Shown: positions 19,224 through 27,683 of the stretch, in pieces
Layout: the number at the start of each line of letters is the position of its first letter
Numbering within the stretch: position 1 is the first letter of the stretch
Source: Chloroflexota bacterium
GTDB lineage: Bacteria; Chloroflexota; UBA11872; VXOZ01
NCBI GenBank assembly: GCA_965221905.1
Contig: OZ244922.1
Span: forward strand, 896,001-960,000
Direction: 5' to 3'
DNA length: 64,000 bases
Notes under the pieces: generated by a model
Seen by the model: the letters and a program-made list of their open reading frames with translations, nothing else
What the model was told of the DNA's origin: nothing
Databases searched by the model: none
Translations under genes and position numbers: made by a program

Positions 19224-20867
19224 GTGCTTAGCCAGATACGACGTGGTATTGCGGTTTTGGTAGCTACAGCGGCGCTCTTGGTCGCTGTTTCCTGTAGTGT
19301 GCAAGTTATTCAGCCCCCTCCCGATCCCGCAACCTCGCCCGCGGAATACACGCAGTATTTTGTGAATCAGGCGATAGCCTACTACAAAGCCCACGGGCTT
19401 CAAGCGACCATTGATTTCTACAACTCGATGGAGAGTGTGGATGGCGAGTGGTACGTCTTCATCGGTGATGAGAACGACGTGATGATTGCGCACCCGACCG
19501 TGCCGCAGAACCGTGGGCAGCGCTTCCAGGACCTTCTCGGTCCAGATGGCTATCCCGCGGGAGCACTGATCGCCGGTGCTGCTACCGAGGAGGGGGCCTG
19601 GGTTGACTATACGTACTTGAATCCGGCGGCGGAGTCGATCCAGTGGAAACACACGTGGACGATCAGGTATGACGGGCTAATCTTTTCCTCCGGCTGGTAT
19701 GAAGAAGGCGCGTCGAAGTCAGATCCGGCGGCGTACACACAAGCCTTCGTAGAGCTGGCTATTCGGCTCTATGACGCGATAGGGCTTGAAGACACGGTAG
19801 CGTTCTACAATACGCCGGAGAGTATTGATGGAGCGTGGTACGTCTTCATCGGTGACGAGAACGTTGTCGTGCTTGCGCATGCGGCTGTTCCGAAGAACGT
19901 TGGGCTACGCTTTGTTGAGATTCTGGGGCCGGGCGGCTATCCTGCCGGCGCGCAGGTCGCAGCAGCGGCCGTTGAAGGGGGTTCGTGGACAGAATACATG
20001 TACATTAACCCGGCGGCAGGTGCGTTCCAGTCCAAACATTCATGGGTGGTGCGGTACGAGGGACTTATCTTTGGCTCCGGCTGGTGTGAAGCAGGTCCGT
20101 CGAAGTCTGATCCAGCCGCGTATACACAGGCATTCATCGATCAAGCGATACGGCTGTATGACGCGGTCGGACGCGAAGCCACGTTTGCCTACTACAACAC
20201 GCCGGAGAGCGTAGATGGTGACTGGTATGTCTTCATTGTCGATGAGAACGACAACACCGTGGTGCATCCCACTCGTCCCGAACTTATTGGCAGCTCTCCC
20301 AAACAACGCGTTGATGTTCGCGGCAAAGAGTATGGCCTTGAGCTCGTCGAGGCTACAGAGGACGGTACTTGGGTGGACTACTACTTCTTGAACCCGTCCA
20401 CCGGCTATGAAGAGCAAAAGCATGCCTGGGCGGTTAGGCACGACGGGCTAATCTTCGTCTCCGGCTGGTACGAGCGAGCCGAAGCAGAAGACGACGCTAC
20501 GTACACCCAGTCATTCGTGCACCGCGCAATCCAACGCTACGACGCCCAAGGGCGTGAGGCTGCGTTCGAGTACTTCAAGTCCCCGCAGAGCGTGCAGGGT
20601 CAGTGGTACGTCTTCGTCCTGGATGAGAACCAGGTCACCATCGCGCATCCCAATCCCGAACACATCGGCCGCACCAGGGAGCAGCGCATCGATACACGAG
20701 GCTTTGATTACGGCGCGGAGTTCCTGACTACGACCGAGGAAGGCAAGTGGATAGACTACGTATTCCTGAACCCGGAGAGCGAAAAAGAGACGTTGAAGCA
20801 TACGTGGCTTGTCCGTCATGATGGACTATTCTTCGGCTCGGGCTGGTATGAGGAGGCGGGGGAGTAG
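19224..20867 (+). CDS. secreted lipoprotein with four tandem single-Cache (sCache_2-like) domains
   Basis: GAGGAGG then GTG, signal peptide with lipobox LVAVS|C, four ~125-aa repeats YTQxF...DGxWYVF...HP...W.DY..LNP...KH.W..R.DGL.F.SGW(Y/C). Confidence 0.8.
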   Translation: MLSQIRRGIAVLVATAALLVAVSCSVQVIQPPPDPATSPAEYTQYFVNQAIAYYKAHGLQATIDFYNSMESVDGEWYVFIGDENDVMIAHPTVPQNRGQRFQDLLGPDGYPAGALIAGAATEEGAWVDYTYLNPAAESIQWKHTWTIRYDGLIFSSGWYEEGASKSDPAAYTQAFVELAIRLYDAIGLEDTVAFYNTPESIDGAWYVFIGDENVVVLAHAAVPKNVGLRFVEILGPGGYPAGAQVAAAAVEGGSWTEYMYINPAAGAFQSKHSWVVRYEGLIFGSGWCEAGPSKSDPAAYTQAFIDQAIRLYDAVGREATFAYYNTPESVDGDWYVFIVDENDNTVVHPTRPELIGSSPKQRVDVRGKEYGLELVEATEDGTWVDYYFLNPSTGYEEQKHAWAVRHDGLIFVSGWYERAEAEDDATYTQSFVHRAIQRYDAQGREAAFEYFKSPQSVQGQWYVFVLDENQVTIAHPNPEHIGRTREQRIDTRGFDYGAEFLTTTEEGKWIDYVFLNPESEKETLKHTWLVRHDGLFFGSGWYEEAGE

Positions 20868-20872
20868 CGCTG

Positions 20873-20898
20873 AACACTGCATGGCGCCATGCAGTGTT
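20873..20898. terminator. perfect 26-bp palindrome, probable terminator hairpin
   Basis: AACACTGCATGGC|GCCATGCAGTGTT, 5 bp after the Cache gene stop. Confidence 0.55.
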
Positions 20899-21284
20899 GA
20901 TGTGGAAGTTGACCAAGGCGGCGGCAGTACACTTGCCGGCCGCCTTGGTTGTTTTGCCCTGCCCATGCGGAAGCATGTGGGGCGTCATACACGACCGTCC
21001 AGAGCCTCTCAGTACCTCCGGTTGCGAGTGTGTTTACCGGGCGCGCGTGCATCGTTGAGTCGCCCATGAAAACTGCCCGGCTACCGCGACAATATATTTG
21101 GCGCTAAATTTCCCGGCTTGCCGCAACGCTGCTAGGGGCAAGCGTACGCTGCCTTCGCTATAATGTGACCCAAATAATCTGTCCCATGACGGCTACGAGG
21201 TGGGTGGCTGGATCAAGGGCATGGACGGGGCAGTACCATTGGTGTGAATGAAGCGGCCGCAATTGCGGCGGAAGGGTAGTGCTG

Positions 21285-22559
21285 ATGGCTGACGGGCTGC
21301 TGGCCGGGATAGGGCGCGCGACGATTACGCCGCCGTTAGGAACATGGCTGTGTGGGTTTGCCGGGCGAGAGCACGGCTGCGACGCAGTCCTCGACGACCT
21401 TTACGCGACAACTCTCGTGCTCGCTAACGATGAGACCTCCATAGCGATTATTACCTGCGACGTCTGCGGCCTGCCAACTCAGCAAGTCGTGGCCTTGCGT
21501 GCACTAATTGCAGAGCGTACGGGCATTAACCCTGCCAACGTCCTCATCAACACGTCCCATACGCATTCAGGGCCATTTACGAGCATCCGGGACGACATGC
21601 TCGCTCACGAGCGGGCGTATTGCACCACGCTGATTCACGCTATTGCCGGTACGGTGGAACTAGCACAGCAAAGTCTGGAGGCGTGCCGCATAACGCACGG
21701 GGCTGGCAGTGTGGCGGTGAACGTGAATCGGCGCCTCCTCAGCGAGGCCGGCTGGGCAGGCATGGGCGAGAACCTGGGCGGCGCTATCGATAGGACGGTG
21801 CAGCTACTGCGCGTAGATACGTCGGAGGGTGAGCCGCTTGCTGCCCTCGTACACTACGCGTGTCATCCGGTGGTGATACAACCGCCCAGCGTTGCCGTTT
21901 CCGCGGACTTCGTGGGCGTGGCGCGCGGCCTCTTTGAAGCAGCGAGCGGCGCCACGATGCTCTTTCTTCAAGGCGCGTGCGGCAATATCAATCCCATCGG
22001 GCAACGCGCCGAGATCGACATGCGGGAGCGTCTCTGGGGCGTGGGCAGCGCGCTGGGCGCAGAGGCGCTGAAAGTGTATTCGCTCAACGGACTGCACATG
22101 GACTTCGCCGAGGGGGAACCACTCGCTCCCACACTCGGAGCGGCGCAGGAGACGCTGACGCTCGATCTACATACACCCAACGAGCCGCCGGCAGCGTTAA
22201 GTGGGCGTACCCCTGCGCTGCGCTACTGGACGCCGCCGCTCGTAGACGGCGGTAGAGTGGAATTCGAAGTGCAGGCGCTCCGCATCGGCGACGTGGCCTT
22301 GGTCGGTGGCGCCGGTGAGGTTTTCATCGAGATCGCGCAAGCGGTGCAGGAACGCTCGCCGTTTGCCCATACCATGTATCTGGGCTACACGAACGGCGAC
22401 GTCGGCTACATCCCCACCGCTGCCGCCTATCCCGAAGGCGGCTACGAGGTCGATAGCGCCCACTTCCACTACAATCTCCCCGCCGCCGTAGCCCCAGACA
22501 GCGCCGGTCGGGTCGTGGACACCAGCGTAGCGCTGCTGGAATCGCTTCACGAAGGCTAG
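21285..22559 (+). CDS. neutral/alkaline ceramidase-like Zn amidohydrolase
   Basis: AGIGRATITPP, DDLYA, SHTHSGP, NVNRR, HYACHP, SADFVG, FLQGACGNINP, GEVFIE, GYIPT...GGYEV. Confidence 0.82.
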   Translation: MADGLLAGIGRATITPPLGTWLCGFAGREHGCDAVLDDLYATTLVLANDETSIAIITCDVCGLPTQQVVALRALIAERTGINPANVLINTSHTHSGPFTSIRDDMLAHERAYCTTLIHAIAGTVELAQQSLEACRITHGAGSVAVNVNRRLLSEAGWAGMGENLGGAIDRTVQLLRVDTSEGEPLAALVHYACHPVVIQPPSVAVSADFVGVARGLFEAASGATMLFLQGACGNINPIGQRAEIDMRERLWGVGSALGAEALKVYSLNGLHMDFAEGEPLAPTLGAAQETLTLDLHTPNEPPAALSGRTPALRYWTPPLVDGGRVEFEVQALRIGDVALVGGAGEVFIEIAQAVQERSPFAHTMYLGYTNGDVGYIPTAAAYPEGGYEVDSAHFHYNLPAAVAPDSAGRVVDTSVALLESLHEG

Positions 22560-22611
22560 CGGTTGGTCTGGCTTGTAGGGACCACTTTGAGACGAATGCA
22601 AGAGGTAAACC

Positions 22612-23439
22612 ATGTTCTCACTTGGGGTAATGACCGATGAAGTCTCGCAGGACTTTGCGCATGCGCTCGACGTGATCGAGGAGTTCGGTGTGCGCACCGT
22701 CGAGTTGCATAGCATGTGGGACAAGAATATCTGCGACCTGGACAGCCACGAGCTGACGCAGGTATTGCGCATGGTGCGGCAGCGGGGCTTTGCCGTGTGC
22801 GACATTGCTTCGCTCTTCTTGCGCTGTCCCATCGACGACCTAGACGCCTACAACGAGCACATTAGAATTCTGGAGCGTTCCATCCAGATTGCGCCACTCT
22901 TCGATTGCCAACTTGTGCGCTGCTTCTCGTTCTGGCGCGAGGACGATCTTGAAACCCACTGGGACACCATCCTCGAACGTCTTGAGTTGCCGGTGCGCAT
23001 GGCGGAGTCCGCGGGCGTGACGCTGGCGTTCGAAAACGTGCGCTCGTGCAACATCGGTACGGGCGCGGAGACTGCGCGCTTGATGGAGACAGTCGACTCG
23101 CCGAATATGCGCGTGATCTGGGACCCGGGGAATGCGTACGTCTCCGGTGAGGCGCGGCCCTATCCGGACGGCTACGAGGTGGTGAAGCCTTGGATCGTGC
23201 ACGTGCACGTCAAGGATGCGGTGCTGGGCCCCGACGGCAGTTCTGTGTGGAAGCCCATAGGCGCGGGTAAGGTGGACTATGCGGGGCAACTCAAGGCGCT
23301 GGCAGATGACGGTTACGAAGGCGTGGTCTCGCTGGAGACCCACTACAAGCCGGAAAACGGCACGCCCGAGCAGGGCAGCCGGGAGTCGTTTGCCGGCCTG
23401 CAGGCGATCTTGTCCGAGCAGGGGATCGTGCCCAGCTAA
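22612..23439 (+). CDS. sugar phosphate isomerase/epimerase (AP-endonuclease-2 TIM barrel)
   Basis: TDEVSQD, LAFEN, IWDPGN, HVHVKD, GAGKVDY, SLETH. Confidence 0.88.
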   Translation: MFSLGVMTDEVSQDFAHALDVIEEFGVRTVELHSMWDKNICDLDSHELTQVLRMVRQRGFAVCDIASLFLRCPIDDLDAYNEHIRILERSIQIAPLFDCQLVRCFSFWREDDLETHWDTILERLELPVRMAESAGVTLAFENVRSCNIGTGAETARLMETVDSPNMRVIWDPGNAYVSGEARPYPDGYEVVKPWIVHVHVKDAVLGPDGSSVWKPIGAGKVDYAGQLKALADDGYEGVVSLETHYKPENGTPEQGSRESFAGLQAILSEQGIVPS

Positions 23440-23489
23440 TGGTTCGGCATTCTTGACTCAAGCAGTTCCCCTCACCCTAGCCCTCTCCC

Positions 23490-24754
23490 TGTACAGACTG
23501 GGGAGATAGGTAACAGATGTTCGGGGACATAGGTTACACATTTTGTTCATTGAGGTCTAGGGTTTTTATGCGTTGGACGGAGAAGTAAACGTCCCATACG
23601 CCGTCGGTTTGGGTGGGTCTGAGCGCGACCCGCTTATGCGTGAAGGCCTTCCCCACACGCAGTGGTCTGCCCTGGAAAGAGATGCGACCGGAGACATCCA
23701 CAGAACGCACGTGGTCGTCGGGGGCGTAGTCGATGGCGGGTAGGGTCTCGGGGAAAGTTTTACCACTGGGTGTGTATCGGCTGACCGGGGTGTCGAGGTC
23801 GAGGGCATAGTGTGGGCGCTCCAAGTTGTAGAAGTCACGCCAGGTGTCGAAGGCACGTTGGCAGTGGGGGAGGTCGGTGAAGGTGCGGCCTGTAAGCAAC
23901 TCGCTCTTGAGCGAGCGGTGGAAGCGTTCCAGCTTGCCGAGTGTTTGGGGATGGTACGGTCTGCTGTGGTGCACGCTGATGCCCAGTTGCATGAGCCAGA
24001 CGGTGAGGGGAGTAAAGGGATGAGCGCTGTCGCTACCCCAGGGGGAGCCGTTTTCTATCAGCATGGCCTGAGGCAAGCCGTAACGCCGAAAGACGTGGGT
24101 GAGGCGGTCTTGGACCGTGTTTCCCTGCTCGTTGGCACAGGCCCGCAGCGCCAGGTTGAAGCGAGAGTGATCGTCCAGGAGGGTGAACGGATGGCAGCGG
24201 TGGTGTTGCACGGCAATGTGTCCCTTGAAGTCCATCTGCCACAGCTCGTTGGGTTCGGCACGCTCAAAGCGCACATAGGGTGTGTGCTTGGCAGCCTCGG
24301 ATTCATCGATGAGCCCATGTCGTCTGAGAATGGCAGTGATCGTGCTCTTGGCAGGCACGCCCGTATAGCCGCGATCCTGCAACATCCTGGCCAGCACATG
24401 CGCACCCTTGGTCGGATGCGCCTGGCGCAACGCTACGACAAGCTCCTCCATCTCCCGGCTCGTCTGTTGCGGACTGGAGTGCGGGCGCCTGGGCAGATCG
24501 TGAAGGCTCTGCCCTCCGGCCTGCGCGTACCGCCGCAGCCACTTGTAGCCGGTCTTGCGGCTGATTTCCATGCGACGACACAACTCGCTCATGTTCACTC
24601 CGTCAGATTGTGCCAGAGCAATAAACTCTTTGCGCAAAGACATGGGTGTACCCACTTTCCAAGGCATGGTCCTCCTCCATCTAAAAGATTCTCCATGCCT
24701 TATGGTGTAACCTATGTCCCCGAACATGTGTAACCTATGTCCCCGGTCTATACA
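23490..24754 (-). mobile_element. IS481-family insertion sequence, complete, 5-bp TSD CTCCC
   Basis: TGT...ACA ends. TIRs TGTACAGACTGGGGAGATAGGTAACA vs TGTATAGACCGGGGACATAGGTTACA (22/26). Subterminal GGGGACATAGGTTACAC repeats at both ends. CTCCC at 23485-23489 and 24755-24759. Confidence 0.92.
23534..24667 (-). CDS. IS481-family transposase
   Basis: MPWK start after GGAGGAGG, HTH ELCRRMEISRKTGYKW, NELWQMDFKG, LLDDHSRF, HPQTLGKLERFHRSLK, YNLERPH. Confidence 0.92.
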   Translation of the reverse strand: MPWKVGTPMSLRKEFIALAQSDGVNMSELCRRMEISRKTGYKWLRRYAQAGGQSLHDLPRRPHSSPQQTSREMEELVVALRQAHPTKGAHVLARMLQDRGYTGVPAKSTITAILRRHGLIDESEAAKHTPYVRFERAEPNELWQMDFKGHIAVQHHRCHPFTLLDDHSRFNLALRACANEQGNTVQDRLTHVFRRYGLPQAMLIENGSPWGSDSAHPFTPLTVWLMQLGISVHHSRPYHPQTLGKLERFHRSLKSELLTGRTFTDLPHCQRAFDTWRDFYNLERPHYALDLDTPVSRYTPSGKTFPETLPAIDYAPDDHVRSVDVSGRISFQGRPLRVGKAFTHKRVALRPTQTDGVWDVYFSVQRIKTLDLNEQNV

Positions 24755-25030
24755 CTCCCCGAGGAGAGGGAACCGGAGACGCCAATGGAGCGTTATGGCG
24801 CGGTTGGTTTATCCCTGCCAACCAAACGCTCAGTCTCTACTTGCCCGTCGTCGCGCGGGGGGCTTGTCCCCCGCTTCCCCGTGTCGGGGCACAGGGCAGT
24901 CTTGGCGAGAAGAGGAAACACCAATTCAGGCTATGTGCTTAGACATAATGTCGTAGACGAACGAACGAAGACAGCACGTATTCGTTACAATGAGAGCGTG
25001 TAGCTTCTGAAACTCAATGGAGAGCGCGCC

Positions 25031-26425
25031 ATGAGCACGACTGTCGGGTCATCCAGTCTAACACTTGATGAACAGTTCACGCGGCAGTTTGCCGGGTCCG
25101 CCGCGCGCTTCCAAGAAGCTGTCAACGTATTTCCGAATGGCGCGACCCATGATGGCCGCGCCCAGAAACCCTTTCCGCTCTATATCGAACGGGCGCAGGG
25201 CGCGCATAAATGGGACTTCGACGGCAATTGCTTCATCGATTTTCTCGTCGGCCACGGCGCATTGCTCTTAGGGCACGGCCATCCCAAGATCGTCGAGGCC
25301 GTGACTGCACAGATGCAGCGCGGCACGCATTACGGGGCGGCACACGAAGGCGAGGTCGCATGGGGCCGCTTGGTGCAGCGGCTTGTGCCCTCCGCCGAGC
25401 GCGTGCGCTTCACGAGCTCGGGAACCGAGGCCACATTGATGGCCCTGCGGCTGGCGCGCGTGTATACCGGCAAGAGTAAGATCATCAAGTTTGAGCACCA
25501 CTTCCACGGCTGGCACGATTACGTCGTGGTGGAAGCCCCGCCGGAACCGCCCCCTGCAGGAGTCCCGGCTGGCACGGCTGACTCAATGCTTGTGCTCCCG
25601 GTGCACGACCTCGACCGTCTTGAATCCGTCTTGCGGGATGACCCCGATATTGCCGCCGTCATTATGGAGCCCACCGGCGCTGGGTACTCCTCGTATCCGC
25701 TCGACCCTGATACTCTTGCTGCCGTGCGCAAACTTACGCTCGACTACGGCGTGCTGCTCATCATGGACGAAGTAATCACCGGTTTTCGCTGTTCGCCAGG
25801 TGGGGCGCAAGCGGCCACCGGTGTGATTCCTGATGTCACGACACTGGCTAAGATCCTTGCCGGCGGTCTGCCCGGCGGCGCCGTGGCGGGACGTGCCGAC
25901 ATCATGGCCCACCTCGAATATCGTGATGAACCGGAGTGGAACTCCCGCAAGAAGGTCCGCCACCAGGGCACGTTCAATGCCAACCCGCTTTCGGCCTCCG
26001 CCGGCGCAACCGCGTTGGCCATCGTGGCCGAAGGTTGGCCCGCTCGCCACGTGAATGATCTGGCGGCCATGCTACGGGAAGAATTCAACCAGGTCATGGA
26101 CGCACATGGCCTAACCGGCTGCGTCTACGGCACGTACTCGATGTTTCATATCCTGCTCTATAATCCCCAAAATCCTCACGAGAAGATTCGCCTCGCGGAT
26201 TTTGGCTCGGCAGAGGGGCCGACATTTAGCGCTATGCGGGACGCCGATCCGGCGATTTACGGCAAAATGAAGCGCGGCTTGCAGGTCAACGGCGTCGATC
26301 TTATGGGGGACGGCGGCATGCTCTCTACTGCCCACACCGAGGAAGACGTGCGCGAGGCTGCCGCGGCTTTCGACCGCACTATCGGCCTTCTGAAACAAGA
26401 GGGTGTGATCCCCGGTGTGCGCTAG
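25031..26425 (+). CDS. class III PLP aminotransferase (GSA aminomutase-like), second paralog
   Basis: LLGHGHP, FTSSGTEAT, HFHGWHD, MDEVITGFR, LAKILAGGLPGG, HQGTFNANPL. Confidence 0.88.
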   Translation: MSTTVGSSSLTLDEQFTRQFAGSAARFQEAVNVFPNGATHDGRAQKPFPLYIERAQGAHKWDFDGNCFIDFLVGHGALLLGHGHPKIVEAVTAQMQRGTHYGAAHEGEVAWGRLVQRLVPSAERVRFTSSGTEATLMALRLARVYTGKSKIIKFEHHFHGWHDYVVVEAPPEPPPAGVPAGTADSMLVLPVHDLDRLESVLRDDPDIAAVIMEPTGAGYSSYPLDPDTLAAVRKLTLDYGVLLIMDEVITGFRCSPGGAQAATGVIPDVTTLAKILAGGLPGGAVAGRADIMAHLEYRDEPEWNSRKKVRHQGTFNANPLSASAGATALAIVAEGWPARHVNDLAAMLREEFNQVMDAHGLTGCVYGTYSMFHILLYNPQNPHEKIRLADFGSAEGPTFSAMRDADPAIYGKMKRGLQVNGVDLMGDGGMLSTAHTEEDVREAAAAFDRTIGLLKQEGVIPGVR

Positions 26426-26583
26426 GTCGAGGGTAGATAAGGGTTTTGCAGCCTGCATAGGGCTTCGACGGCACGAGTGACCCGCTGCATGTAGGTTTGG
26501 ATGGATTCCCTTTCCTTCAAGCGAGCCAAATGCATTTTGAGCGGAAAGACAAGACCAATAGGAAAGGGTGAGAGCGCACTGAC

Positions 26584-27573
26584 ATGAACGCTTCTGCCAA
26601 TGAACAGTCCTATGGCGGGCCGGAACAAGAAATCTTCAAGCACGCGTTCTCCGATCCGATTATCGAGAACGAGATGCTGTATCCGGCGCTGACGACGCTC
26701 GACGACATATACGAGGCTAATGCCACTCTGCTCATGCCGGTCGAGCATTTCTTTACGGCGTATGAGAACCTGCAAATCGAGTCGGCGGAGACGTTGGAGC
26801 TCGATGGCGGGTCTACTCACCTCCTGCACATCACCTATATGCTGGGAGGCGCCACGTATCACGGGTACGCCTACGCGCCTGCCGCCCCGCAAACCGACCG
26901 CCCTGCCTCGCTGATCATCCCGGGGAGCGGCCTCAATTGCTCCGAGCCGATCTACCGCAAAGATCCGGCGAGCTACCACGACGGCATCATCGACGCACTG
27001 GGCGACGGCTTCATGAACTACACGTTCATCAAGCCCAACGAGGACTGCCTGGCGTTCCACAATGGCGAAGGCAAGGTCAACATTGCTTTCTTTGTGAACT
27101 GGCTGCTCAACAATGCGACATCATTCTCTGCCGCGTACATCGTGAGCGCGATGGCGATAACGAAGTACCTCCAGCAGCGGCATGACAAGGTGGTGGTTGC
27201 CGGGCTTTCGCAAGGCGGCGGGGCGGCACTGCTCACGTCTTTGCAGTCGCAACCCACGGCCGCGCTTATTGCCTCCGGCTTTTCCGTAATCATGGAGCGC
27301 ATCCACTGGTCGGGGCACAACCAGATCATCATCCCCGGCATCGGCCAGGCCTACAGCAATGAGAACGTGCGAGAGAAAATCAAGGCTTCGCCCACGCAGT
27401 TCCTCTTCACCTACGGCAGGCAGGAACACGTGATCTACCGCCTTGAGGCAGAAGAGCACTATAGCTGCGACTTCCTCGCCGACTGCTCCAATGTGCGCTG
27501 CGAATCCCACGACGACGGCCACATCTTCCATGTTGACATAACAAGCGACTTTTTGCGCGGCCTTGGCATGTAA
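26584..27573 (+). CDS. alpha/beta-hydrolase-fold protein
   Basis: IIPGSG oxyanion-like motif, nucleophile elbow AGLSQGG, C-terminal DDGHIF His. Confidence 0.62.
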   Translation: MNASANEQSYGGPEQEIFKHAFSDPIIENEMLYPALTTLDDIYEANATLLMPVEHFFTAYENLQIESAETLELDGGSTHLLHITYMLGGATYHGYAYAPAAPQTDRPASLIIPGSGLNCSEPIYRKDPASYHDGIIDALGDGFMNYTFIKPNEDCLAFHNGEGKVNIAFFVNWLLNNATSFSAAYIVSAMAITKYLQQRHDKVVVAGLSQGGGAALLTSLQSQPTAALIASGFSVIMERIHWSGHNQIIIPGIGQAYSNENVREKIKASPTQFLFTYGRQEHVIYRLEAEEHYSCDFLADCSNVRCESHDDGHIFHVDITSDFLRGLGM

Positions 27574-27683
27574 ACGGCTGATTTTGGCACGTGCGGGGGC
27601 GGCGCTGCAGTCGCGCGGGGAGAGCGCGGCTAGTTATGACCGGCCCGTATCGTCGCGGCGCAAGGCGATGGGGTTGAACGGCA

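Noticed and set aside
23490-24754. Short GGGGACATAGGTTACAC repeats as a CRISPR array
   Set aside because: Only two per side, inverted between the ends and without spacers; they are IS481 subterminal repeats.
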